From Mobula hypostoma (lineage: Eukaryota), in the NCBI RefSeq assembly GCF_963921235.1, contig NC_086097.1, positions 208,074,001 through 208,138,000 on the forward strand: a DNA stretch of 64,000 bases. The letters are read 5' to 3'. Under the pieces are notes generated by a model that worked only from the letters and a program-made list of their open reading frames with translations, had not been told where the DNA came from and searched no databases. The first letter of the stretch is position 1; each line of letters starts with the position of its first letter. Positions 38,139 to 50,135 of the stretch are shown here, piece by piece. The translations under genes and the position numbers were made by a program.

Positions 38139-39936
38139 CTATATCAGCAAATCATCAATGATGTTGACGACCCCGTCCAGGCCTTCAATCATTTGTGCCA
38201 CGGATCTCTGGAATACCTCTGATGCAGAAGAAATCCCAAAGGGTAGACGCAGGAAACAATATCTCCCTATGGGCGTGTTGAAAGTGCATAATTTGGAACT
38301 TTCTTCATCCAGCTTGATCTGCCAGAAGCCTTGGTTTGCGTCTAATACTGAAAAGTATTTCGCATTAGGCATGCGGGAGACAACCTCTTCAACCATGAGC
38401 AGCGGATAGTACTCCATTTTGATGGCTTGGTTGAGATCTTGTAGATCCATGTAATTCCTCGTCTTTTTTTCTGTAACCACCGTCACCATACTATTCACCC
38501 AGTTGGTCGGTTCTATTTGTCTTGTTATGACTCCCATCTGTTCCATACTGTGTAGCTCCTCCACTACTTGATCCCTGAGAGCTACTGGAATCTTTCTCGG
38601 GACATGCACGACTGATGCAATAGTTGGATCAATCTGGATGTGGTGTTTCCCTGGTAAACATCCTAATCCAGAAAACAAGTCATCAAAGTCTTTGAGAATG
38701 TCATTTTCTTTTTCAACACCATAGATTCGCTTCACCAGGCCTAGCTTTGTGCATGTTGCTTTGCCCAGTATTGCTGAAACATGTTGCTGTACTATTTCAA
38801 ACTCCATCTTGTATTTTTGACCTTTGTACACACAGGTGAGTGCTATTTTGCCCAATGGCACTGTCTTGTGGCCGAAATATGCAACAAGATTGCAGGTGGA
38901 TTTTTCCAGTCTTCCTCTGATGTCCAGTGAGTTGAATGTTTCTGCTGACATTACATTGCACTTTGCCCCAGTGTCAAGCTTAAATGTCACATTCTTCCTG
39001 TTTATTATCAGATCTTGAGTCCAATCATCTTCATCCTCCATCTCTGCATTTTCAATACTCTTGATGCATACCTCCTGTTCCACTTCAACTGTGCCAATGA
39101 ACATGTCACTGTTGCCCTCACTCTGTTCCACAGCATGCACTTTCCTTGCGTGCTCCTTCGATTTGCACATCTTTGCAAAATGATTTCTTTTCTGGCATAA
39201 CTTGCATGTCTGACCAAAGGCTGGACATTTTCTGTATCCATGTTTATAACCACACCTGTTGCAGTTAACTTCCTTCTGATCATCCTGTGGAGCTGGCTTT
39301 GTCCTTCTCCTGTCATTTTTCACAGTTTTTATTTTGCGCACTTCAATCTCTTCATTGAGCACTTTAACCTGACTTGACGTGATCTCGCTGGCACGGCATA
39401 TATCAATTGACTTTTCTAATGTAAGATCCGCCTCTTTCAATAGCCTGCTTCTCACTTGATCATCTCGTATACAGCATACAATCCTGTCATGTATTAAAGA
39501 ATCATGCAGTTGTCCGAACTCACAGTCTTTTGCCTTGCTCTTCAAATCTGTTACATAGGCGTCTACGGTCTCTATTGGTCCTTGAGCCCTTGTGAAAAAC
39601 CTGTGTCGGATGTACGGTAGGTTTTTTTCTCGGTTCACAGTAATCCAGAAACTTTTTCTTCAACACTTCAATTTTATCTTGCTCATCATCTTGGAAGACA
39701 AACGTGTTGCAAACTTCCCCCACCACGTGCAGAAACATAGCACATTGCACTTTCGCCGTCTTTTCAGCTAGGCCGCTAGCGGTGCAAAACAGCTCAAACT
39801 TCTGGATCCATATTTTCCAGTTTTCAGCAAGGTTACCTTGTAGGCTTAAATTTGACGCTGGCTGTAACTGTGTCTTCTCTTCCTTTTTTTTCACTATTTC
39901 TTCTGACACCATGTAATATTGATGCGACTTGGACAC
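38139..39936 (-). pseudogene. Gypsy gag-protease-RT (one frameshift in gag near 39630)
   Basis: CKLCQKRNHFAKMC knuckle, LDTGA protease, LPFGI and IIDD RT motifs. Confidence 0.93.
39900..39911 (-). promoter_or_regulatory. Primer binding site complementary to the tRNA-Leu(CAA) 3' end
   Basis: cttctgacacca on the plus strand, abutting the 5' LTR. Confidence 0.85.
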
Positions 39937-40044
39937 CGCTGTAGATTAACAACCACGTTTATTCAAAAGACTTCCATATTTACTTCTCTACGTCATGACG
40001 TCATACACACTGTGACGTTATGAATACTCACACAGTACATTACA
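39912..40044 (-). repeat. 5' LTR (133 bp)
   Basis: Direct repeat of 35532-35666. Confidence 0.95.
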
Positions 40045-40765
40045 GGATTTGCCACTACAATAATAAGTGCAGTGAGTATATCCTTATTGAAGCTCAGAAG
40101 TTTCAAAATTGTTTAGTCCTGAGGGTTATACAGAAGAATTCTCTTGGAAACCTTCCATTAAATATAACCTTCAGATAGGAGCACATTCTTTTCAAAAAAT
40201 CTTGTCCAGCTTTGTATAACCTCTGTGCATTCTTTCATGCTGGACTCCAACAGGAATACACATCAATAGACCCCATGTCAGTGCAGAAATTTGTTATCAA
40301 AACTAAATCCTTCAACGCCTGGAGCACTTAGCAATCCGTACAGATTTTACCAGCTTTAACAAACTCTAGAAAGCACTGTATTCTTGTAAAACCTTAGCAA
40401 CAACCAGCAGAAATTAATCAATAACAAGCCTGCAAGTCTTTAGTGACCACTTTAGAACACAGGTAGGGATAGCACTGTTTTGTCTTGTTTTGAATCCATT
40501 TTCAGCTGTGCTGATTAAGAAACAAGTGTTTGTTTGATTATTGCAACAAATTAGGCAGCACTGGTGCCAAATGAATGTTGACCGCCATTTGATGATATAA
40601 TATGCCTATTTTGCGTACTTCCAGCTCACATTAGGGTGAATAAACACATGCTCTTACCAGTAAGGGTGATATGGTAGTGTGGTAATTAGTACAATGCTTT
40701 ATAGTACCAGTGAGCCAGGTTCAAACCTTGCTGCTGTCTGTAAGGAGTTTCTACGTCCTCCTCGT

Positions 40766-41550
40766 TGTCAGGGCAAAGAGCAAATATTAATTTCAGCAGC
40801 AACCTATGTTCAGGTTTGAATATGATTTGTGCATTGAATTTGAAATGCTGCAGATCGGGGTTGATTACAATTCAGGAAACACCCATTCACTTAATGACTG
40901 TGTGTGTGTGTGTGTATATATATATATGATTAGATTATGAGGACACACAGTCCTCTTTTATTGTCATTTAGTAATGCATGCATTAAGAAATGATACAATA
41001 TTCCTCCGGTGTGATATCACAGAAACACAGGACAGACCAAGACTGAAAAACTAACAGAAACCACATAATTATAACATATAGTTACAACAGTGCAACAATA
41101 CCATAACCTGATGAACAGACCATGGCACAGTAAAAAAGTTCAAAGTCTCTCGAAAGTCCCACATCTCACGCAGACGGGAGAAGGAAGAAAACTCTCCCTG
41201 CCATACCCGACCACAGTCCGACTCTGAGTCGTCCGAAAACTTTGAGCCTCCGATCAGCCCTCCGACACCGAGTACTAAGCACCATCTCTATCCGAAAGCT
41301 TTGACCTCAGCCTCGCTCGCCAGCAGCAGACAAAGCCGGGGATTTTGGGGCCTTCCCTCCGGAAGATTTTCGATTGCGCAGTAACAGCGGCAGCGTTTCA
41401 GAAATTTCTCCAGATGTTCCTCTGTGCTTTCACATCTGTCTCCATCAAATCAAATTGTCCACGGCCCCTAGTTAACGGATACGATATCATTTCACTGGAG
41501 AGCTGCACGTGTTGTGTTGCGCTGTCATCTTCCCCTCCCGCCTAAGGAGC

Positions 41551-41586
<36 letters not shown>

Positions 41587-41855
41587 ATGCTGATTAATAT
41601 GCATTTTCAGTGTCTGGAGTGTGGGTGTGAAGAAGGAGGTGTTTGAAAATTATATGTAATTCAAAGGAAGCATTGTAGATATATTTTAACTATGGAATTA
41701 TCCTGCTATTACTTTTGATCTTTAGCATATAAAAATGTCATGTAACATTGGGTAAGGCAGGCCTTCTCTTATAAATGTATCTTGAATGCTGAAAACTAGC
41801 TTCTATTTCCACTAGATCCAGTGTCTCTCTGGTGACTCTGTTCACAATTATGATA
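40766..41855. mobile_element. Probable solo LTR with a nested repeat
   Basis: Termini TGTCA...TGATA; imperfect 5-bp TSD ctcgt/cctgt; TATAAA at about 41770. Confidence 0.55.
40928..41550 (-). mobile_element. Young CpG-rich non-autonomous retroposon inside a (TG)n(TA)n(GA)n microsatellite
   Basis: Flanked by (TA)n on both sides; gattagatt tail; many intact CpG; no ORF. Confidence 0.65.
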
Positions 41856-42074
41856 CCTGTGACCATATGGGTTTCCTCTGGGTGCTCCAGTTTCCTCCTA
41901 TAGTTCAAAGACATCCAGGTTGGTGTTTGTAGAACAAGCAGTGTGGGTAAAAACACTAGAACTGTGTTAGTTACAGAACTACAGCAGTGGTTCTTGCTCC
42001 AGTCTGGGCATGAGCAGCGAGCTCAGTGTCAATTCTGGATCCAGGTGAACAACTGTATTGCCCACAGAAACTCA

Positions 42075-42598
42075 GGTGAGGTGAGGGCTTCCATCGGTCT
42101 GAATTGACCATGGATATTGCACCCTAGCTGTCTAGAGACACAAATCGGGACAGTACAATATGGAGGCAAGCTGCTGCCCATGCAGCATCTCCCCCTCTCC
42201 ACACATCCAATAAACCCAAAGGAACGGCAGAAACCAATACAGTTTGGTACCAGCAGCATCACAGGAGTTGTCAGTCAGCATTGAACTCAAAGTAGGATGC
42301 CTGAGGGAGTCCAGCCCTGGATTTTTCCCTCAGAGTTTTTCTCCTGAAGCCTTTCCCATGAGTGGGTATAGCCACAAGGCAGTGGAGGTTTGAGATCAGA
42401 GCTGCCAACCACTATCTGCCTGAAGTGACAGGGTTTAAGGCACCAGTAACTGGCCTTTACCCCTTCTGTCAGTTGAAATGGTTCAGCTGGGCTTAGCAGC
42501 TAAGCCACACATGAAGGCCAGGAGAAGGACTTGGTTTTCAGAGGCTATTTGAGGTGCACACCTATTTGAGGAGCATTTAATAGGTAGTGGGAGCTTCC
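42075..42598 (-). mobile_element. Interspersed repeat resembling an RTE-clade 5' UTR derivative
   Basis: Recognised by eye (gagtccagccctggatttttccctcag...gcctttcccatgagtgggtatagcc); no ORF. Confidence 0.4.
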
Positions 42599-42599
42599 T

Positions 42600-45450
42600 C
42601 ATGAAACTCCTCTAGAGTCTGTCCAATGATAATACATCCTTTCTGAGATAAGGGCCCAAAATTATTGACAATACTCTAAGTGCAGCCTGACTTGTGTCTT
42701 CAGCATTATCTCCTTGTCCTTATATTCTAGTTTCCTTTAAATAAATGTCAACATTACCCTTGCCTTCTTTACCACAGACTGAACCTGTGAATTAGCCTTC
42801 TGGGAGACTTGCACTCTGTCCCTCTGCACCTCTGATGTTTGAATTATCTCCCCATTTAGTTAATATTCTGCACTATAGTTCCTTCTACCAAAATACATTA
42901 TCATACATTACCCAAATCGATATTCCAGCTGCCACTTCTTGCCCATTCTTCCAATTTGTCTAAATCCTGCTGCAATGGCATTGCTTCCTCATGGACAAAC
43001 AATGTGAAAACTAGCAGTCTCAAAACTGGCCTTTGAGGAACAACACTAGTCACTGGTTGCCAACCAGAAAAGGCCCCCTTTATTCCCACTTGCTGCCTCC
43101 TGCCTGTCAGCCATTCCTCTATCCATGCCAGTATTTTTCTTGTAACACCAAGGGATTTTATCTTGTTAAGCAGCCTCATGTGTGGCACCTTATCAAATGC
43201 CTTCTGAAAACCTATGTAAATGACATCCACTGCTTCTCCTTTGTCCGCCCTGCTTGTTACTTCTTCGAAGAATTCCAACAGACTTGTCAGGCAAGATTTC
43301 CCTTACAGAAACCATGCTGACTTTGACTTATTTTATCATTAATCTCCAAGTGCCCTGAAACCTCGTCCTTAATAATGGACCCCAACACTTTCCCAACCAC
43401 TGAGGTTAGGCTAACTGACCTATAATTTCCTCTCTTTTGTCTTTCTCCCTTCTTGAAGAGTGGTGTGACATCTGCAATCTTCCAGTCCTCTGACACATGC
43501 CAGAATTAAGTGTTTCTTGAAAGATCATGACCAATGCATCTGTTATCTCTTCAGCAACCTCTTTCAGGACTCTGGGATGTTGCCCATCTGTTCCAGGTGA
43601 CTTATCCACCTTAAGACCTTTCAGTTTGCCTAGTACTTTTTCCTTTGTAATAGCAATGGCACTCACACCTACTCCCTGACACTCAATGACCTTTGGCATA
43701 CAGCTAGTGTCTTTCACAATAAAGACTGAAGCAAAGCACTTATTAAGTTCATCTGCCATTTCTTTGTCCCCTATTACCAGCTACCAGCATTATTTTCCAG
43801 TGGTCCAATATCAACTCTGAAAAATCTTTCGTATCCCATTTATATTATTGGCTAGCCGGCCCTCATATTTCAATTTTTCCCTTCTTATAGCTTTTTTAGT
43901 TGCTTTTTGTTGGACTTTAAAAGCTTCCAATCATCCAACTTTCCATTCACTTTTGTTATCTTATATGCCCCTTCCTTGGCTTTAATGCAGTCCATAACTT
44001 CCCTTTTCAGCCATGGTTGCCTACCCCTACCATTTGAGATCTTCTTCTGTGGGACTTATTTCCTGTGTCTTGTGATATGTTCCCAGAGACTTCAGTAAGC
44101 TCTGTTCTGCCATCATTCCTGCCAGTATTCCCCTCCAATCCACCTGGGCAAGCCCCTCTCTCATGTCTCTGTAATTCCCTTTATTCCATCACAATACTGA
44201 TACATGTGACTATGCTTCTCCCTCTCAAATTGTGGTATGAACTCATTCATCACTGCCTCCAAAGAGTTCCTTTACATAAAGCTGAGTAATAAAATCTAGG
44301 TTAATAAAACACTCTCTAAGATACCCTTCCCTGAGTAGGCTCAAGCACAAGCTGCTCTAAAAAGCCACCTCACAGGCATTCAACAAATTCCCTTTCCTGT
44401 GAAGTAACACCAACATGATTTTCCCAGCCCCCTTGCATATTGAAGTCCCCTGTTACAACTGTGTCATTACCCTTCTTTCATGCCTTTTCTAGCTCCCTTT
44501 GCAATCTCAACCCTACATCCTGGCTGCTAATTGGAGGCCTATATATGATTCCCATAATGTTTTTTTTACATTTTCTTGATTCCATCCACAAAGATTCAAG
44601 ACCCTATGTTACCTCTTCCTAAAGATGTAATTCCATCTCTTACCAAAAGAGCCACACCACCACATTTGCCTTCCTGCCTGTCCTTTTGATACAAGGTATA
44701 CCTTTTGATGTTAAACTTCCAAATATGAACCTTCTTTCAGCAACGACTCAGTGATGCCCTCAGTGTCATAGCAACCAATCTCTAAATGTGCCACGAATTT
44801 GTCCACCTTATTCCGAATGCTATGTGCATTTAAATACAGCACCTTCATTCCTGCACTCTTCACCCTTCAGAATTTTGCCTCTGTGGTACAACTTAACTCT
44901 TTGCTCTGTCTACATTTGTACCCAATCATTGGCTTGTCCTTCCTTACATTCATGTTACATATTACATCATCTACTTGAAAAGCTGCTGGCTCATCATCAG
45001 CTCTATCATATGGTTCCCATCTCCCTGCCATATTCATTTAAACCACTCCCAACAGCTCTAGCCTGCAAGGATATTGGTCCCCCTTAGATTCAAGTGCAAC
45101 CCTTCTGGTACGAATCTCACCTGCCCCAGAAGAGGTCCCAATGAGCCAGAAATCTGAATCCTTGTCCCCTGCTCCAATTCTTCAACCACACTTTTATCCA
45201 CCACCTCATTCTCTTCCTATCCTCGCTGTCATATGGCACAGGCAGCAACCTCGAGATTACTACCCTTGAGGTCCTGCTTCTCAGCTTCCTTCCTAATGCT
45301 CTGTATTCTGTTTTCAGGACCTCCTCCATTTTTCTACCTATGTCATTGGTACCAATATATACCTTTTAAGGATATTGTAGACACATTCAGAAACATCACG
45401 GACCCTGGCACTCGGGATGCAAAATACCATCCATGTTTCCTTTTCGTAGA
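42600..45450 (-). mobile_element. Degenerate CR1 LINE (esterase, APE, RT)
   Basis: QGFRFLAHWDLFWGR, KSPGTDG, NYRSVSLTSVVGK, FQKAFDKVPH on the minus strand. Confidence 0.92.
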
Positions 45451-45639
45451 ATCGCCTCTCTGTTCACTCTTCCTGGTGAACCTTCCGCATCGCACACTGT
45501 GAACTGAAGTTCTTTATTATGTATACATAATAACACATCTTCCCCCTTTAAAGAAAAACAAACGCTATACTATGTCGCCACAAACCTGCCAGAAAGAATA
45601 ATCTTTTGCAACAAAGATATTTACATTCTTTAGCAGTCC

Positions 45640-45786
45640 CTTTTACTGGTTACAGTCTCTTTCTAGGTTAATTGGTCATTGTAATTGTCCCATGAGTAGA
45701 CTAAGGTCGAATTTGGGATTGTGGGTGGCACAATTTGAAGGGCCAGAAGAGCTTGTTCCGCATTCTATCTCAATAAATAAATAAAG
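45640..45786 (+). mobile_element. SINE 3' part with a CR1-like tail
   Basis: gggccagaagagcttgttccgcattctatctc followed by (aata)n. Confidence 0.6.
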
Positions 45787-45879
45787 ATGGGTGGTGTGTC
45801 TTGACCTACAAATGTGCTGACATGTGTAAGTTTCAACTTAACTACCAGTAATTCAATGAAAAGGTCAGGAAGCCATGTT

Positions 45880-46167
45880 TTGCAATCACACTTCATTGTC
45901 CTCTTCTCATTACCACCATAGGGTAGGAGGTACAGAAGCCTGAAAATTCACACTCAGCATTTTAGACACAGCTTCTTCCCTTCGCGGTCAGATTTCTGAA
46001 CAGTCCATGGACTCACAAATATTACCTCACCATTCTTCTTTTGTGTTATTTATTTATTTGTAACTTGTAGACAATTTTATCTCTTACGCTGTATTGCTGC
46101 CAAACAACAACAAATTTCACAATATATGTCAGTGATAATAAACCTGATTGTGATTTTGATTCTGATT
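45880..46167 (+). mobile_element. Rex1 3' end
   Basis: GRRYRSLK..SFFP; aataaacctgatt tail. Confidence 0.8.
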
Positions 46168-46543
46168 ATACCTTTTCTACACCTTTTAACATTCTCTTTT
46201 AAAACAATATTGCCTTATTCCCTTTTACTTTTTAATGTTTATAATTCAACAATATTGTTAAGATAATCCTCATTCTACTAACTGCCAGTGTGAAACATAT
46301 TCTTCTGACCTTCCCTTCAAATTATTCTCGGTTATTTGAACCTTTGTGTCTCATTTTCACTGATTTACCAACCCATGGAATAAATCTTTCACAGATTACT
46401 TTCTTCAAAAGGTGTTTGTTACCTTGAATAATGCAATCAGATATGTTTTAATTTTCTTATGTCTAGTAACATAACATTCTTTTTGTTCATACATTTCTCT
46501 ATAATCTTTGATACAAGTTTGATACAAAGGAATCTTTAATGTA

Positions 46544-46635
46544 AACAACAGGAATTCTGCAGATGCTGGAAATTCAAGCAACACACATCAAAGTTGCTGG
46601 TGAACGCAGCAGGCCAGGCAGCAACTTTGATGTGT
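46544..46635. mobile_element. Miniature Penelope-like insertion with fold-back and 14-bp TSD
   Basis: TSD GAATCTTTAATGTA at 46530-46543 and 46636-46649; perfect 18-bp inverted repeat cacacatcaaagttgctg / cagcaactttgatgtgtg. Confidence 0.8.
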
Positions 46636-46804
46636 GAATCTTTAATGTACTTTTCCCATTTTCCTTAATGGGGAATTCAGAACTTTATCTAACATATCAT
46701 ATGACCTCTCCAAGATTACTCAGGGTTCTGTTCTTCAGAACTGCTCATGATCCAAATGGTTCATGTCAGATGTGCAACCATCTGGAAATATCTTTAAATA
46801 AAGA

Positions 46805-47310
46805 TATTGGTCACCTACCTAAAGGAACAAAGTAAATAAGATTGAAAGAATGCAGAGCAAATTTACAAGGATGTTGCCAGGACTGAGTTACGAGGAAAGA
46901 TTGAATAGGTTAAAACTTTATTCTCTAGAACATAGAAGATTGAGGGGAGATTAATTTTGTTAGAGGTATACAAAATTATGAGGGGTGTAGACAGGGTAAA
47001 TGCAAGCTGGCATTTTCCCCGAGGTTGGGTTAGACGACAAGTAGAGGTTAAGGGTGAAAGGTGAAAGGTTTGTGGGGAACATGAGGGGAAACTTTGTCAC
47101 TCAGAAGGTGGTGAGAGTATGGAATGAACTGCCAGCACAAGTGGCGAATGCAGTTTTGGTTTCAGTGTTTCAGAGAAATCTGGATAGGTACATGGATGGG
47201 AGGTCCACAGTCTGGGTGTAAGTTGTTGGGACTAGGCAGTTTAAATTGTTCAGTACAGATTGGATGGGCTGAATGGCCTGTTTCTGTGCTGTAGTTTTCT
47301 ATGACTCTAA
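46805..47310 (+). mobile_element. CR1 3' fragment
   Basis: FTRMLPG...TQKVVRVWNELP; ctatgactcta tail. Confidence 0.85.
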
Positions 47311-48269
47311 ACAGGATAACTGAGAGCCACATGTTGTAAAACCATGGCAATTAACTCAACCAGTTGGATATTGCAGTGAACTGATTTTTCACACGCAGAC
47401 ACATACAGACCACCAGCAGCACTCATATCTATTCCACTGGTCTTCCAAATGCGTATTCGTATGTATTGGTTGTACATGAGTTAGACATTCATAACCTGCG
47501 CGGACCTGTAAATGTAGCCTAACCAATACCTTGGACAAAATGTCATATAACTTCCTTAATAACCTTTTTTCATTTTTATGAAATATCAGAATTGCATTAT
47601 TTGAGATTAGATGAAATGTTAAAACTTTACAAATCTCAAACCAGACCTCAGCTCCCTCATGCTAGGTTAAATGTATGCGGTAAAGGGGGTCAAATTATGC
47701 TCAGCAAACAAATAACTGTGCTGTTTAGAGACGTTGCAAAGAAGAATTGGAAGTTTATGAATTAGTGTGAATTTTAACATGGAAGAAAGAGTGGGTTGGC
47801 TGTAGATGGAGATTAAAATGGGGGAAAATATGGATGATCAGGTAAAGGCATGTTAGCAAGCAATCTGTGGTTAAATTACAGTGGCATTTACAAAGTGATT
47901 TTCTTTACAAATCAAATCCATTGTCTTCCAATGCTGTTTGAAAATTACCAGTGAATATAAGGTGAAAATTGATTGTGGACTTCAGAAAGGGTAAGATGAG
48001 GGAATGCACACCAGTCCTCATGGAGGGATCAGAAGTGGAAAAGTGAGAAATGGGTCATGGGTTAAGGATGAAAGGTTAAATGTTTATGGGGAATCTGAGA
48101 GGAAACTCCTTCACTTAAAGGGTGGTGAGAGTGTGAAACGAGCTGCTTGTGCAAGTGGTGGACACAGTTTTGATTTCAATGCTTACTACCTCCATTAAAC
48201 CTGGGATAAGAAAGCTGAGGTCTGGTTTGAGATTTGTAAAGTTCTAACATTTCATCTAATCTCAAATTC

Positions 48270-48700
48270 CTTGGTGGCAACATCTCTGAGGATCTATCCT
48301 GGGCCCAACATATCAATGCAATTATGAAGAAGGCACAACAGCGTTTATACTTCATTCGGGGTTTAGGAGATTTGTTATGTCACTAAAGACACTTTCAACT
48401 TTCTACAAATGTCATGTGGAGGACATTCTAATTGGCTGGATCACTGTTTAGTATGGGGGAGCCTCTGCACAGGATCAAAATAAGCAGAAGAATGTTGTGA
48501 ACCTTCATCGTGGGTTCGAGCCTCCTGAACATCTAAAGCATCTTCAAGGAGTGACATCCATCCCTCAGGGCATGCTCTCTTATTGCTACCATCAGAGAGA
48601 AAGTACGGGCACCTGAAGGTACAAACAGGACAGCTTCTTCCCCTCTGCTATCAGATCTCTGAATGGACATTGAACACTACCTCACTATTGTTTATGCACT
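48270..48700 (+). mobile_element. Degenerate Rex1 3' fragment
   Basis: KKAQQRLYFIR and SFFPSAIR motifs. Confidence 0.7.
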
Positions 48701-48979
48701 AATTTAATTTAACAAATATGTATGCTAAGTTAAATTAAATTCATCATGGGCATCAGCTGGCAGGATCGTGTCTGCAATAAAGAGGTCCTGTATTACCCTC
48801 CTCAATAACTTGGGATTGGCCCCCTGCATGAATGCCACCATTGAATAAGATTATGCTGCTAAAACTCCACAGTAATTCATATAGGTCCTGCTCTTAGCTG
48901 CCAGATTTGTTCTGAACCTGTCCTCCTTCCCATGGTTGTCATGCCTCGTAAGAGGAGTCCTCATTAAGCAGACGGTGTT

Positions 48980-50135
48980 TGACTCATTAGGTATATGCAG
49001 TGGTCATTGTTGTCAATGCAGATGTGTATAATGCCATATTCAAGTGTGCTGATGACACCGCTGTTGTTAGCTGAATCAAAGGTGGTGATGAATCAGCATA
49101 TAGGACGGAGATTGAGAATCTGGTTGAGTGATGCCACAGCAACAACCTCTCACTCAATGTCAGCAAGTCCAAGGAGCTGATTATTGACTTCAGGAGAAGG
49201 AAACCAGAAGTGCATGAGCCAGTCCTCATCAGAGGATCAGAAGTGGAGATGATCAGAAACTTTAAATTCCTCAGTGTTATTATTTCAGAGGACCTGTTCT
49301 GGGCCCAGCAAGTAAGTGCAATTATGAAGAAAGCGCGGGAGAGCCGCTATTTCCTTAGCAACTTGCAAAGATTCAGCATGACATCTAAAACTTTGATAAA
49401 CCTCTGGATGAGAGTATAATTCAAAAGCTGTATCACAGCCTTGTATGGAAACACCAATGCCATTGAACAGAAAATCCCTCGAAAGATAGTAGATATGTGT
49501 CAATCCATTATGGGTAAAGCTGTCCCACCATTGACCACATCTACCGAAACACTGTTGCAAGACCATAAGACATAGGAGCAGAATTAGGCCATCTGGCCCA
49601 TCAAGTCTTTTCAGCCATTCAATCATGGCAGATCCTTTTTCTTCTCCTCCTCAACCCCAGTTCCCGGCCTTCTCCCTGTAACCTTTGATGCCATGTCCAA
49701 TCAAGAACCTACCAATCTCTGCCTTAAGTACACCCAACAACTTGGCTTACACAGCTGCATGTGGCAACAAATTCCACAAATTCACCACCCTTTGGCTATT
49801 ATCAGGGAAATACATCCAGGACGAGAACTTTTCTCACTGCTGCCATCAGGAAGAAGGTACAGAAGCCTTAGGACTCACATCAGAAACAGTTATTACCCCT
49901 CAACTATCAGGCTCTTGAACCAAAGGGGATAACTTCAATCAACTTCACTTGCCCCATCATTGAAAGTTCCCACCACCTATGAACTCCCTTTCAAGGACTC
50001 TTCATCTCATGTTCTTGATACTTATTCCTTATTTATTGCTTTGTATTATTTTTTTTTCTTTTTGTGTTCGTGTAGTTTGTTGTCTTTTGAACACTGGTCG
50101 AACGTCCAGGTTGGTGTGGCCTTTCCTTGATTCTG
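48980..50135 (+). mobile_element. Rex1 3' part with a nested minus-strand CR1 tail (about 49559-49797)
   Basis: ADDT, NVSKSKELI and LLPSGRRYRS motifs; nested agaccataagacataggagcag tail. Confidence 0.85.

Larger units (their letters stand above)
35532..40044 (-). mobile_element. Complete Ty3/Gypsy LTR retrotransposon provirus (Mag-like)
   Basis: TG..CA LTRs at 35532-35666 and 39912-40044; TSD GGATT at 35527-35531 and 40045-40049; PBS TGGTGTCAGAAG; PPT AGAAGGGGGA; domain order gag-PR-RT-RH-IN. Confidence 0.97.
40664..41925 (+). mobile_element. V-SINE split in two (40664-40765 and 41856-41925)
   Basis: The halves ggagtttctacgtcctcctcgt and cctgtgaccatatgggtttcctc join into the V-core seen intact at about 52650-52700. 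Confidence 0.75.

Noticed and set aside
36125..39638. Domesticated Gypsy-derived host gene
   Set aside because: LTRs, PBS, PPT and TSD are retained and the frame is broken several times.
45455..45550. Possible Gypsy LTR end with PPT (ataacaca-tcttccccct)
   Set aside because: Too short, with no partner LTR or TSD visible.
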